The position numbers and the translations under genes are program-made. DNA of 64,000 bases from an uncultured Candidatus Saccharibacteria bacterium (GTDB lineage Bacteria; Patescibacteriota; Minisyncoccia; Phycocordibacterales; UBA2100): positions 18 to 64,017 of the forward strand of contig CAYGKV010000006.1 in the NCBI GenBank assembly GCA_964350885.1, read 5' to 3'. This document shows, in pieces, positions 26,449-36,543 of this stretch (positions are counted from its first letter, which is position 1; the number at the start of each line of letters is the position of its first letter). The notes under the pieces were generated by a model. That model ran no database searches. It was not told the DNA's origin and worked only from the letters and a program-made list of their open reading frames with translations.

Positions 26449-28587
26449 CTACGCTCCACACTTGCCGAGGAGTGAGAGGAAGAGCGAGCAGGTCTTTTGC
26501 GGCACGGGAGCTGCTGGTTGTTCTGGGGCGAAGAGGGACTTCAGCACGCCCCATATATTTTTGACGACGCGCGCCACTATCGTTTCGCCGCTCACTGTTC
26601 CAGAAGCGTTTGGAGTTTCTTGTGCGGCAAGGTGCACCGGCGTCGTTGGGCGGTTTGAAATCGTTGCGCTCTCCGTGCCGTATATGTACACGGGGATCGA
26701 GCCCTCGATGATTCGGTTGGTCTGCGCAATCGTGGGCGGGGGAGTGGTGAGACTCGGCGCTGTATCTTTCTTCACCACAGCGTCCAGTTCCTCGATCTGT
26801 GCGCGCCTGATCGGGAGTTGATCTTGGAGCGAGTCTATTGAGAGCATGCACTGTTCATCACAAAGGCCAGCGTTGATTGCTTCTCGGAGGGCATCGATGT
26901 GTGCCTGGATCGCGTCGTAGGTTGCCTTGGCTTTGGCAAGCTCGATTTTGTTGTCGCGCGCCGTATTTGGTTGCTGCGTCCAGTAGACGCTGTCGTGTTC
27001 GAGGATCGATCCAGTACCCGGAGTCTCATCATCTTTCGCGATGACGCCGAGTTTACTCAACGTTTCTTCGAGCCAATCGGGGGTGGAGGTACCGACCGCA
27101 TTATATACATCAAGAATATCTGCAAGCCGCGTCGACGTTGCTGTTTGCATAGTAATTTTGATGCGTTCCCCTGTGTCTGTTGTAGTTGTGGTGGCGGCGT
27201 TGTTTGCAGGAGCGGGAGAGGGGGTAGTGGGCGCAAGCAAATCACGCAACTGCGTCGGCTTCTGAGACGGAGATGTGTCGATCGAAGCGCTTACCGGCTT
27301 CACTCCGCCTTTTGGAGGAAGCGAGGTTACTGTGCTGGTAGTGGTAATGATGTTGCCGTGCGGATCGGTGCTAATGATTATTATGTTGGTTACCGGAGTT
27401 GGAGGAGTGGCCGAAGAGCCTTGGGAAGGCGTGGTGGTCCCATACGATACGAGCGGTCGCGTCGGCTCGAAGGTCTGGGGCGTTCGAGGTGCCGAGACAG
27501 TGGGCCTGGTGTCTTGCTCGGATCCGCGGGATGCGAATGGTTGGAAAAGGTTCGTTATAAAATTGAACGGTGTTGCGACGAGGTTAAATAAGAGTGATGC
27601 AGTAGCAGCAATCAGCTTGGCTCCGGTCGCGGCGACAGAGGTGGTTTTGGGCTTCAGGTTTCCGTACTCATCGTATGAATTTCCTGAAGATGAAGTGTCT
27701 GTGGGAGGGGTCGGTTGCCCAAACGTTGTGTTCGTATCTTGGGGAAGCGGAGCACCCGCGTCGTTCGGAAGTGGAAGGGGAGTCCCTACTACCGGAGACA
27801 CTGGATTGGCAATAGGCGCAACGGGCGCTGATGGGTCTAGAGTAGTCCATTGACCTTGTTGTTCCACGGGCGCTCCCTCAGGGACAGCCCAGTCTGCGGG
27901 ATTTTGGATTTGAGATCCTGTCGCTGAAGTGGCAGGAGCTTCTGGAATTTGGGGCTCCGTAAGTTGTGTAATCGGCTGTACGGTACCATCTTGTGGTGTG
28001 ATGACAGTGTTAGGCTCTTGAGGAGATGGCAATGGATCTTGCGCGGACGTTTCGCCAAGTTCGGGATTAATAGGAGAAGGGCTCGCATCTGGAGGCGGTG
28101 GAGAGTCTGGTTGTGTAAACGTACAATCAGCTTCATTCAAACAAGCAACCTGGATTTCTGGTTGTTGCGCACACGGAGCCCACTTGTCTTCAATGAGACA
28201 CGTAGTGTTTTCCATCTTCCCATCGCAATAATTCTCCTTTGAGCAAAATGCTTTAATAAGAGGGCCCTCACAAGGTTTGCCGTAAAGATTAAAATATATT
28301 TTATCGTTCTCCGAAAATGTTTGGTTTCGAGGCTTGTCGCTTCTGTAGACCTCGGTCCCATTTTGAGGTTTCGGGCATTTCTTGTTCGCTATGTCTGCGA
28401 GGGACTCACTTATCTTTGGGGTTGTTCCAAGGATGGGAGAGCCCCCGCTCGCGGCTGGATCAGGTTCGCTACCCGCTGCAGCTGTTTGCGATGACCGCGC
28501 TGCTTTTGTGTATGACTGGAAATCTAGATACAGAGCGCCGCAAAATACAGCCGCGAGTACCATAGCACCAATCCACCTGCCTTCCAT
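26449..28587 (-). CDS. large secreted Pro/Thr/Ser-rich protein with a coiled-coil and Cys-rich N-terminal region
   Basis: Start taken at MEGRWIGAMVLAAVFCGALYL (TM/signal); long low-complexity P/T/S-rich linker; conserved coiled-coil domain towards the C-terminus. Confidence 0.6.
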   Translation of the reverse strand: MEGRWIGAMVLAAVFCGALYLDFQSYTKAARSSQTAAAGSEPDPAASGGSPILGTTPKISESLADIANKKCPKPQNGTEVYRSDKPRNQTFSENDKIYFNLYGKPCEGPLIKAFCSKENYCDGKMENTTCLIEDKWAPCAQQPEIQVACLNEADCTFTQPDSPPPPDASPSPINPELGETSAQDPLPSPQEPNTVITPQDGTVQPITQLTEPQIPEAPATSATGSQIQNPADWAVPEGAPVEQQGQWTTLDPSAPVAPIANPVSPVVGTPLPLPNDAGAPLPQDTNTTFGQPTPPTDTSSSGNSYDEYGNLKPKTTSVAATGAKLIAATASLLFNLVATPFNFITNLFQPFASRGSEQDTRPTVSAPRTPQTFEPTRPLVSYGTTTPSQGSSATPPTPVTNIIIISTDPHGNIITTTSTVTSLPPKGGVKPVSASIDTSPSQKPTQLRDLLAPTTPSPAPANNAATTTTTDTGERIKITMQTATSTRLADILDVYNAVGTSTPDWLEETLSKLGVIAKDDETPGTGSILEHDSVYWTQQPNTARDNKIELAKAKATYDAIQAHIDALREAINAGLCDEQCMLSIDSLQDQLPIRRAQIEELDAVVKKDTAPSLTTPPPTIAQTNRIIEGSIPVYIYGTESATISNRPTTPVHLAAQETPNASGTVSGETIVARVVKNIWGVLKSLFAPEQPAAPVPQKTCSLFLSLLGKCGA

Positions 28588-28745
28588 GGGGACATGATAA
28601 CAGTCTTCTTGCTGGTTCCCACCGGAACTGTGCATTGATGTCTGTGCCGTTCTTCGCGCACACACACTTGACGAAAATCATTATCGTGAGACAATTTCGG
28701 GAGGATATAGCCTCGCATGAGGCCGGGCTAGACAAGGAGAACCCA

Positions 28746-29162
28746 ATGAAGACCCAGGCCATCGGACTTATCGGCGCATCTCTCCTCGCAATTGCTGCCC
28801 CTGCCCAAGGGGCTGGCCAGTGGGAGGATTGGGCGGCTGCCCTCCGTGAGACGGCAATCGCCAAAGAGCGGAACATCGTGGTGGCTCTCAAGGCCTCGAA
28901 CACTTTTTGTCCCTTTCAGGGTACAGAAAGTCTCAAGTTGAGGTGTCAGAGTGCTTTCGACGTAGTGGTGACTCGGCTGACCGTCGAGCGAATGGAGCTC
29001 GAACTCCTGGCCAATTCCGTGGAGCTTGATCCCAAGACAAGGGGCAAGCTCATTGCGGCGATACCGACCATCCTTCTCAAAGGAGAAGGAGCGGCCACCG
29101 TGGTCATGTTTGAAGAGCTCAAGGCGACCTTTGCGCTTTCAAAGCAATCGGCACTGGAATGA
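28746..29162 (+). CDS. small secreted hypothetical protein
   Basis: Signal peptide MKTQAIGLIGASLLAIAAPAQGA with an RBS ggagaa upstream; about 138 aa. Confidence 0.5.
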   Translation: MKTQAIGLIGASLLAIAAPAQGAGQWEDWAAALRETAIAKERNIVVALKASNTFCPFQGTESLKLRCQSAFDVVVTRLTVERMELELLANSVELDPKTRGKLIAAIPTILLKGEGAATVVMFEELKATFALSKQSALE

Positions 29163-29232
29163 GGCTTTTCCCAGCCTCACCGACGCTCAATCAGACTCGT
29201 ACCCTCGCGGTACGGGTCTGAACTTTTCATAT

Positions 29233-30441
29233 TTACGCAAGCGGGAATTCGGCAAAGAATTGCGAGCCGGTCTTGGGGCCGTTGGAGAGTGCCCACATGC
29301 GGCCGCCGTGTTTTTCCACCACCTGTTTGGCGATGAAGAGTCCGTAGCCTGTTGAATCGGCGTTTATATCTTTTGAATGTTCGCCGTGCCCACCCTGCGT
29401 GAAAAGCTTATCAATGTCGCCTGCGGCGATGCCGACACCGGTGTCGGACACCGAGAGGCGCAGAGCCCCGGGTACTTTCTGGAGATTTATTTCGATGTGC
29501 CCAGCGGGAGTGTACTTGATCGCGTTTTCAATGAGGTTGCGAATGACGTGCCGCTCTATTTTGTTTTCATCTCCGACCATGAAGCACGGGGGATCGAGGT
29601 ATACCTGGAGCGCGAGCCCTTTGCTCTGCGCCTGCTCGTGGATTTCTTGCACTACACGATTGATGGTCGCGGAAAGATCAAATGATGTTTTGTTGAAGCG
29701 CACAGTACCTTCCTTGAGGTCGGAGTTGTCGAGAATGGACATCACGGTATCGACGCCCTTCTGTGAGTCGGCGAGGGCACGATGCGCAAGTGTGTCGAGA
29801 GGTGCATTTATGGCACCGAAGTCGCCCTCGACGATAGCCGCGAATGCCGCTTTACTCTTGGCGAGGTGGCCCTTTACTTCATGGCTCAAGAAGTGCAATA
29901 ATTCGCGCTGTTTACGTGCCGTCTCTCGGAGGTCTCCATAGCGGTTGTCTTGTTTCAAGATCACCGCAGAGACGTGTTGCGGATCGGGAATACCGTCGAT
30001 TTTTATCGGCTCCGCTTCTCCCTCGACGCTGATCTCGAGAGAGCCGTAGTTGAAGTAGGACTCAAAGATGTTTCCAAGGTGGACGTTGACCTGCCGCACA
30101 TCGGGGATGTTCCACTGTTGAATTGATCGCTGCGCGAAGTTGATTTGTTTCGTGTAAAAGATGCGTCGATCTGAGACGACGAGCATGTCGAGATAATAAT
30201 TAGTCCACTGAATCGCAAGGATTGTCCAGATGATGAGGAAGCACAGGGGTACGAGGAAGGTGGCAATCGCCTGTATTGGTATGTCTACAGACGATTGCGG
30301 TACGCCACGGAAGAGAAAAAGAAGCCCTAGTATCGTGAAGCCGGGGATGAGCGTGAGAATGGCGTCACCCACAAGAGTCGCCCAATGCTTGTGCGCCACG
30401 AGGAGCATTTGCTCGTCTTCTTGGTCGTTCTCGATCATATC
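29233..30441 (-). CDS. membrane sensor histidine kinase
   Basis: Two TM helices; H-box LSHEVKGHL; HATPase_c (GYGLFIAKQVVEKHGGRMW). Start MIENDQ overlaps the stop of the upstream small ORF (ATGA). Confidence 0.8.
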   Translation of the reverse strand, partial: DMIENDQEDEQMLLVAHKHWATLVGDAILTLIPGFTILGLLFLFRGVPQSSVDIPIQAIATFLVPLCFLIIWTILAIQWTNYYLDMLVVSDRRIFYTKQINFAQRSIQQWNIPDVRQVNVHLGNIFESYFNYGSLEISVEGEAEPIKIDGIPDPQHVSAVILKQDNRYGDLRETARKQRELLHFLSHEVKGHLAKSKAAFAAIVEGDFGAINAPLDTLAHRALADSQKGVDTVMSILDNSDLKEGTVRFNKTSFDLSATINRVVQEIHEQAQSKGLALQVYLDPPCFMVGDENKIERHVIRNLIENAIKYTPAGHIEINLQKVPGALRLSVSDTGVGIAAGDIDKLFTQGGHGEHSKDINADSTGYGLFIAKQVVEKHGGRMWALSNGPKTGSQFFAEFPLA

Positions 30442-30623
30442 GGCATTGGCATAAAGAACATGAGAAGAAGAAAGGCAGTGCACCCCAGGGCGTATATGAG
30501 GAACGCGCGGATAGCGACCGAGCGCTTCATCGCAGAGCGGCTCCAGAAGTGCCAGAAAACAAAGCAGAAAAAGATTGAGAAGATAACTTCGATACCAAGA
30601 ATCATCCACCCTATTTCAAGCAT
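30435..30623 (-). CDS. small two-TM membrane protein translationally coupled to the histidine kinase
   Basis: 63 aa, MLEIGWMILGIEVIFSIFFCFVFW...; its stop overlaps the HK start. Confidence 0.4.
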   Translation of the reverse strand: MLEIGWMILGIEVIFSIFFCFVFWHFWSRSAMKRSVAIRAFLIYALGCTAFLLLMFFMPMPI

Positions 30624-30812
30624 AGGGGTAGTATGTGGCTCTCTTCCCCTCCATGCAACGAACCACCTGTGTGCACCTACGTTTTCTGTGGCCGCCGAAT
30701 GGCTTACGTATAGCAAGAAGAAAATCGAAGGTTCAACCTTCAAGCTTGGAGTACCTGCGGTCATACACGCTATTGCGGAATCTAACGAGATAGTGCATAC
30801 TCTGCGGGTTCT

Positions 30813-31232
30813 ATGACAGCAGAAGAGACAGCAAAGAAGGTGCGCGCTCCGCGCGCAAAGGCCGTCAAAAAGACGGACACCTCTGCTGTTTCGGCTGCCT
30901 CCACGCGTGCTTCCAAGAAAGACACAACCCATCGTCTACGCATCAAAGTGCGTGCGTATGAGCACGGCGTCTTGGACGGCGCAGTGAAACAAATCATTGA
31001 TGTCGCGGCGCGGCACAATGCCGAAGTAGTTGGTCCCGTCCCGCTCCCTATCGATATCAAGAAATACACCGTCAATCGCGCTGCTTTCATCGACAAAGAT
31101 TCGCGCGAGCAATTCGAAATGCGTATTCACAAGCGCATGATCGACATTCTCAACCCCGCTCCCAAAGTCATCGAAGCGCTAACGAACATAGATTTACCTT
31201 CCGGAGTTTCAATAGACGTGAAGATGATGTGA
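30813..31232 (+). CDS. rpsJ: 30S ribosomal protein S10 with a ~40-aa Lys/Ala-rich N-terminal extension
   Basis: HRLRIKVRAYEHGVLDGAVKQIIDVAARHNAEVVGPVPLP is the S10 core. Confidence 0.9.
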   Translation: MTAEETAKKVRAPRAKAVKKTDTSAVSAASTRASKKDTTHRLRIKVRAYEHGVLDGAVKQIIDVAARHNAEVVGPVPLPIDIKKYTVNRAAFIDKDSREQFEMRIHKRMIDILNPAPKVIEALTNIDLPSGVSIDVKMM

Positions 31233-31380
31233 TTTACCGAATCCCATCCAATGGGATTCGGTAAATCACGGGGCATTTTTCCAAAAAATGCACCGTAAGC
31301 TGACCTCCCATCCAATAGGATTTACCAAATCATGCAGAGCATTTCCAAAATGCTCTGATTGCATATCCCCACTTACAGAA
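31232..31380. repeat. two ~55-bp tandem units, each with an 18-bp-stem palindrome and ttt-cca-aaa hairpins
   Basis: Unit 1: tgatttaccgaatcccat-cca-atgggattcggtaaatca (perfect 18-bp stem) followed by gcattttt-cca-aaaaatgc. Unit 2: cccatccaataggatttaccaaatca followed by gagcattt-cca-aaatgctc. Confidence 0.7.
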
Positions 31381-31587
31381 AATACAGGGGATCTCATAGT
31401 ATACTTGTGTACATGCAGACTAGACTATCGTACCCTCGTTTGCACTCGGTATTAATTACATTCCCCTCTGGGTCGAGTCGGAGTTAGGCTCACCAGGTAA
31501 AAATGTACCGACACCAGTCAACTGCATAGCTTGAAATGAGCAGAGGTATCTAGGGTTTTGCGTTTCTGAGAAATATACAACGTCGAT

Positions 31588-32841
31588 ATGAAACCGAGAG
31601 CATACAATCCCTTTTTAGAGAATATATTCTGGATAATCATCGTGCTGTCTCTTGGCGCAGCTTTAGGAGCTACTCTCATCGGAAGACATGCGTACTCTGC
31701 GGCCATTCCAACGGCTGATCTCCATGGATACGCATGGACTGAAACGGTAGGTTGGATATCAATGAATTGTGCGAATGCGTCATGCGACAAGCCCTATAAA
31801 GTGACGATCAATGGAGATGGGACCCTCACTGGTTATGGGTGGAGCGAGAATATTGGCTGGATAAAGTTTGGCGGGCTGAGCGATTTTCCCGGCCCCGGAG
31901 GAAACGCATACCTTTCAGGAAGTGAAATTTTCGGATGGGCGCGTGCATGCGCTGGAACGAAAATAACTGATCTTGCGGAAAGGACAAGCGACTGTAGCTC
32001 GATGGAAAATCAGGGAGATGGTTGGGATGGGTGGATTAGTTTGAATTGTGCCAATACCAATACGTGCGTCGACTTTGACTATCGTCTTACCGTGCGTTCC
32101 GACGGATGGATTGGCTCGGATGATACTTCCAAATTTGCTTGGGGAAGTGATGTGGTTGGATGGGTTGACTTTAGTGGCGTTCGCGCTGATCCTTCCGGCA
32201 AGACGACGGCTTCACTCACAGCGGATCCCGAGGTTCGAAGTGGTAGTAGATCGCTTCTAAGATGGTCGTCGACAAACGCTGATAGATGCGTGGGAGATGT
32301 TTTCAATACTGGCAACGCCATCTCGGGCTCCGTCTGGTCGAACGCGCTTACCCAAGAAACGACGTTTACCGTCACGTGTAGCAAAGATGCCGACTCCGCG
32401 CAAGCGAGCGCAACCGTCAAAATAAGTCCCGACTCGTGTATTCCAAAGCAGCCCTACTGCGACATTGACGGCAAGACACTCCTCTGGCAAGACTCGCAGT
32501 GTCGTGACTTTTCGCAGGTATGCCCATACCAATGCGTGGACGGCGCGTGTGTCGACGCAGACGAGATGTCAATTACCGTCAACCCAAGCCTCGTACGCAA
32601 AGGGGAGACAACGTTTGTCAAATGGAGCGCTCTCGGTGTTACCAATTGCACTGTAAGGGGATCCAACGATGACGGGGGGAGTGCGTGGGCGTGCAGTGGA
32701 CTCGCTTGCGGTCCGCAACACACCAATCAATCAAGAGCTATTCACTCAAGAGTTACCTACACACTCTCTTGTTTGATTGGAGGTCAAACCCAAAACAAAC
32801 AAGCGATTGTCGACGTCATTCCCACATTCCAGGAGATATGA
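31588..32841 (+). CDS. secreted GYAWS-IGWIS repeat protein with Cys-rich and Ig-like C-terminus (paralog of 15847..16839)
   Basis: LHGYAWTETVGWISMNC, LTGYGWSENIGWIKFGG, GDGWDGWISLNC, KFAWGSDVVGWVDFSG; same four-repeat architecture as the paralog. Confidence 0.7.
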   Translation: MKPRAYNPFLENIFWIIIVLSLGAALGATLIGRHAYSAAIPTADLHGYAWTETVGWISMNCANASCDKPYKVTINGDGTLTGYGWSENIGWIKFGGLSDFPGPGGNAYLSGSEIFGWARACAGTKITDLAERTSDCSSMENQGDGWDGWISLNCANTNTCVDFDYRLTVRSDGWIGSDDTSKFAWGSDVVGWVDFSGVRADPSGKTTASLTADPEVRSGSRSLLRWSSTNADRCVGDVFNTGNAISGSVWSNALTQETTFTVTCSKDADSAQASATVKISPDSCIPKQPYCDIDGKTLLWQDSQCRDFSQVCPYQCVDGACVDADEMSITVNPSLVRKGETTFVKWSALGVTNCTVRGSNDDGGSAWACSGLACGPQHTNQSRAIHSRVTYTLSCLIGGQTQNKQAIVDVIPTFQEI

Positions 32842-32935
32842 TTCGCCCCACTCTTTTCGATGTTACAACGGTTGTTCACACAAGACTATGGTCAACACCG
32901 GGGATTCTTTGTCGATTGATGTACAATTAACTTTA

Positions 32936-33403
32936 ATGGATCGAATTCAGCGACATACGAAAAGTGCAAATGCGGCGCTCCTCCTCGCCTTCCTCTTTGT
33001 GTGTGTCGTGGTTGTACCAACCATTTCTTTAGCTCAAGAGCAAGACGAATTACGCGCGACAATCCGCTCTGCAATACTTTCGGATCCTCGCACATCGGGG
33101 TTTTCGTCGGAGCAAATCCAGGCAATTGTCGAGATCATCACGGCGGAGGCTCAAAAAGATGCCTTAACACCGGGAGATATTACCTGGCATCCCCAGGATG
33201 CAGACACATTGGCTGCGCAAGACAGCATCCAGAGTGGGGTCGTTTCGATTGAGTGCGAGCGATCTGATGTGCCGTGTCTTTTCAACGATGCTTTTGGTTT
33301 GATTGGCTCCGACACCACGATCCCCTTTACGTTAGGCGCGTCTTCAATGGCGCTAATCTGGATTTTTGCAGAAATGATACACCGTCGACGAATGCGCGTG
33401 TAA
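32936..33403 (+). CDS. hypothetical secreted protein with a C-terminal membrane anchor
   Basis: Start at MDRIQRHTKSANAALLLAFLFVCVVVVPTISLAQEQ (signal); C-terminal hydrophobic segment plus RRRMRV. Confidence 0.45.
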   Translation: MDRIQRHTKSANAALLLAFLFVCVVVVPTISLAQEQDELRATIRSAILSDPRTSGFSSEQIQAIVEIITAEAQKDALTPGDITWHPQDADTLAAQDSIQSGVVSIECERSDVPCLFNDAFGLIGSDTTIPFTLGASSMALIWIFAEMIHRRRMRV

Positions 33404-33542
33404 TTTCGAGTACCCCAGTTTGTCTCTTGTTGTCTCCTTGCAAAAGGTAGGCGCGTGAGTATACTGCTCTCCACGCTACGTCGGCCCTGGGCCGACCAAT
33501 GGTATTTCGCGCAAGCGTCTTACCGTTGCGCGATTTTTCATT

Positions 33543-34151
33543 ATGAAATATATGCTCGGCACCAAAGGTCGCATGACGCAGGTCTTCGATGAGAAGGGTG
33601 TCGTCAGCGCTGCGACGATACTCACCGCCGGCCCGCTCACGGTGACACAGGTAAAAGGCAAGGAGAAGGAAGGGTACGATGCTGCTCAGATCGGATTTGG
33701 ATCTCGCAAAGAGAAAAATACCAACGCCGCGCAAAAAGGCCACCTGAAAGACCTTGCGATGTTTCGGCATCTCCGAGAGTTTCCCATTGAAGGCGAGATG
33801 AAGCGCGGGGACACGATTGACGTCTCGATTTTCACTCCGGGCGACGTGGTCAGCGTCTCGGCTGTGTCTAAGGGCAAAGGCTTTCAGGGCGTCGTAAAGC
33901 GCCATGGCTTTAGCGGTGGCCCACGAAGCCACGGCCAGAAAAATAAAGAGCGCTCTCCCGGTTCTATTGGAGGTGGCGGTCGCGCTGGTGGGCGCGTTGT
34001 CCCTGGTATGCGCATGGCTGGTCGTATGGGAGGAGATCGTGTTACGGTAAAGAATCTCAAGGTCTTGCAAGTCGATCTCGCCACGAATACACTCGTCATT
34101 TCGGGTGCTATCCCAGGAAAACCAGGTACGCTCGTCGAAATCCGCGGATAA
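33543..34151 (+). CDS. rplC: 50S ribosomal protein L3
   Basis: KGRMTQVFDEKG..., characteristic L3 sequence. Confidence 0.92.
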   Translation: MKYMLGTKGRMTQVFDEKGVVSAATILTAGPLTVTQVKGKEKEGYDAAQIGFGSRKEKNTNAAQKGHLKDLAMFRHLREFPIEGEMKRGDTIDVSIFTPGDVVSVSAVSKGKGFQGVVKRHGFSGGPRSHGQKNKERSPGSIGGGGRAGGRVVPGMRMAGRMGGDRVTVKNLKVLQVDLATNTLVISGAIPGKPGTLVEIRG

Positions 34152-34157
34152 AATCAT

Positions 34158-34853
34158 ATGGAAGCAATAATCTACAATGCGCAGGGGAAAAAGAGTGGTT
34201 CAATCACCGTGCCCGACAATGTCTTCGGCGTTGCCTGGAACGATAGCTTGATGCATCAAATCGTGACTGGGATGCAATCGAATGCGCGGCCGACGGTCGC
34301 CCATACGAAAAATCGCGGAGACGTGCGCGGTGGTGGCAAGAAACCATGGGCTCAAAAAGGCACCGGCCGCGCGCGGCACGGATCAAGCCGCTCTCCGATT
34401 TGGAGGGGAGGAGGCGTTACGCATGGCCCTCGATCGGACAAGAACTATACGAAAACACTTCCAAAAAAGATGCGCGCGAAGGCGCTCTTCATGGCGCTGT
34501 CACGGAAATTTAAGGATGGGGAAATTATCTTTGTCGATTCTTTCGGATTGAGTGAACCTAAGACCGCGACAGCACGCAAGGCGCTCGTCATGCTCTCGAA
34601 GGTCTCTGGATTCGAGAAGATTGCAACAAAGCGCAAGAATGCGGCCCTCATTGCGCTTGCTGACCCTACGGTCGCTGCCCAAAAGAGTTTTCGAAACATT
34701 GGAAATGTGGCGTGTATTGCCATGCGCAACTTGAACCCAGTCGCTGTTTTGGGAAATTCCTACCTTATCATCGAAAACCCCGAAGCTGCGGTCGCGATTG
34801 TTGGCGTTCGCGCGCACAACCAATCTTCTGCAAAAGCAATCGCTACAAAATAA
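34158..34853 (+). CDS. rplD: 50S ribosomal protein L4
   Basis: Position and sequence are typical of L4. Confidence 0.9.
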   Translation: MEAIIYNAQGKKSGSITVPDNVFGVAWNDSLMHQIVTGMQSNARPTVAHTKNRGDVRGGGKKPWAQKGTGRARHGSSRSPIWRGGGVTHGPRSDKNYTKTLPKKMRAKALFMALSRKFKDGEIIFVDSFGLSEPKTATARKALVMLSKVSGFEKIATKRKNAALIALADPTVAAQKSFRNIGNVACIAMRNLNPVAVLGNSYLIIENPEAAVAIVGVRAHNQSSAKAIATK

Positions 34854-34864
34854 CTCAAATCCGT

Positions 34865-35236
34865 ATGGCAATTTTCAAAAACAAGAAAACCGCAAAAGAG
34901 AATTCCGTCTCGGAAGGAGTGCAGAGTGTGGGCGGCACACAACAGGGAGGTGCACGCGACCTCTCGTTTGTCCTAAAAAACGCGCGAATCACCGAAAAGG
35001 CGACTATGCATTCGGCCGATGGTGTCTACACATTCGATATCGCCGGGGTTTCTACGAAACGCGATGTAAAGCAGGCTATTCGAGCCCTCTACAAAGTAGA
35101 GCCGCGCATGGTGCGGATTGTCTCGGTCCCTACAAAGATGAAGCGCAATGCTCGCACAGGAAAGCTCGGGCAGACGCGCGGAGGGAAGAAGGCATATGTG
35201 TACCTTAAAAAAGGAGAGACCATAACTATCGGATAA
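34865..35236 (+). CDS. rplW: 50S ribosomal protein L23
   Basis: MAIFKNKK...; core YTFDIAGVSTKRDVKQAIRALYKV. Confidence 0.85.
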   Translation: MAIFKNKKTAKENSVSEGVQSVGGTQQGGARDLSFVLKNARITEKATMHSADGVYTFDIAGVSTKRDVKQAIRALYKVEPRMVRIVSVPTKMKRNARTGKLGQTRGGKKAYVYLKKGETITIG

Positions 35237-35246
35237 CAAAACGCAT

Positions 35247-36095
35247 ATGGCAATGAAAGAATACAAACCAACATCTCCCTCGCAGCGTGCGCGCGTCTCG
35301 ATCAACTACCGCGCCGTCCTTTCGGGGGACAAGCCGGAGAAATCGCTCATGAAAGGAGCAAAAAGCCACGCTGGCCGCAACTCGTTTGGCCGCATCACGG
35401 TGCGACACCAGGGTGGCGGACACAAAAAAACCTATCGGCAGGTGGACTTTCGGTACGAAAAGAAGAATATTCCTGCAAAGATCGCCTCTATCGAATACGA
35501 TCCGTTTCGCAGCGGCTTCATCGGTCTTGCTGTGTATGCCGATGGCGAGAAGCGCTATGTCGTACTCCCGCAGCGTGTAAAAGTAGGCGACACCTTCCTC
35601 GTGTCCGACAAAGCTCCTGTCACGCTCGGCAATCGCCTTCCGCTCGGGAACATGCCTGTCGGCACGTTTGTCTATAACATCGAATTGAAGCCGGGCGCGG
35701 GCGGCGTACTCGCGCGTTCGGCCGGAAATTATTGTGAAGTCGTTGCCCAGGATGCTGGGTACACACATCTTAAAATGCCTTCCACAGAAGTGCGTCGTGT
35801 CATTGCGACCGCGTGGGCATCGGTGGGCGAAGTTTCCAATGAAGAACATCGCCTCGTAAATCTTGGAAAAGCAGGACGAAGCCGCTGGATGGGAGTGAGG
35901 CCTACGGTACGCGGCTCAGCCATGAACCCGGTAGATCACCCGCATGGTGGAGGCGAAGGCAAGCAAGGCCGCGGCTCGCGCCGCCAGAAGACTCTGTGGG
36001 GCAAACCCGCAGGCAAGGGTCAGAAAACTCGCCGCCCAAAGAAGTATTCAAACGTATTCCTGGTCAGCCGCCGCAGGGTGGGGAAGAGGAAATAA
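35247..36095 (+). CDS. rplB: 50S ribosomal protein L2
   Basis: GRNSFGRITVRHQGGGHKK, VDHPHGGGEGK. Confidence 0.95.
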   Translation: MAMKEYKPTSPSQRARVSINYRAVLSGDKPEKSLMKGAKSHAGRNSFGRITVRHQGGGHKKTYRQVDFRYEKKNIPAKIASIEYDPFRSGFIGLAVYADGEKRYVVLPQRVKVGDTFLVSDKAPVTLGNRLPLGNMPVGTFVYNIELKPGAGGVLARSAGNYCEVVAQDAGYTHLKMPSTEVRRVIATAWASVGEVSNEEHRLVNLGKAGRSRWMGVRPTVRGSAMNPVDHPHGGGEGKQGRGSRRQKTLWGKPAGKGQKTRRPKKYSNVFLVSRRRVGKRK

Positions 36096-36188
36096 TCAGA
36101 GAGTCCGCGCAGAGCGGACTTTTTGTTGACATCACGTCGTGTTTCCTATACATTGTGCCAATCCCGCCGAGGCGGGATTTCAATTGCT

Positions 36189-36539
36189 ATGACACGATCA
36201 CTAAAAAAAGGTCCGTACGTGGACGTTAAACTGATGAAAAAGGTCTCTACCCGAAAAAGCGGGCAAGGGTCTATCAAGACGTGGGCGCGTGCCAGCCAAA
36301 TTGCGCCTGAATTTGTGGGCTACACATTTTCAGTTCACACGGGGAAGAATTTTGACGAAGTGTTTGTAACCGAAGACATGGTAGGACACCGATTGGGCGA
36401 ATTTGCCCCGACGACGAAATTCATTAAGCACGGTGGTCGTATGCAGAAGGAGACTGAAATGGCTGCGAAAGCGGCTGAGATCGCTGCGGCAACTGCCGCG
36501 AAGGCGACTTCAGCTTCAGCGGCTGCGACGAAGAAGTAA
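36189..36539 (+). CDS. rpsS: 30S ribosomal protein S19 with an Ala-rich C-terminal extension
   Basis: [19 protein letters not shown]... Confidence 0.9.
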   Translation: MTRSLKKGPYVDVKLMKKVSTRKSGQGSIKTWARASQIAPEFVGYTFSVHTGKNFDEVFVTEDMVGHRLGEFAPTTKFIKHGGRMQKETEMAAKAAEIAAATAAKATSASAAATKK

Positions 36540-36543
36540 AAAT

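Noticed and set aside
31232-31380. Palindromic tandem repeats as a CRISPR array
   Set aside because: There are only two units, no unique spacers of regular length and no cas genes. Units are imperfect palindromes rather than CRISPR repeats.
34282-35208. Multiple overlapping ORFs across rplD, rplW and rplB (e.g. 34282..34551, 34798..35208, 34973..35305)
   Set aside because: These are alternative-frame or antisense ORFs within highly conserved ribosomal protein genes.
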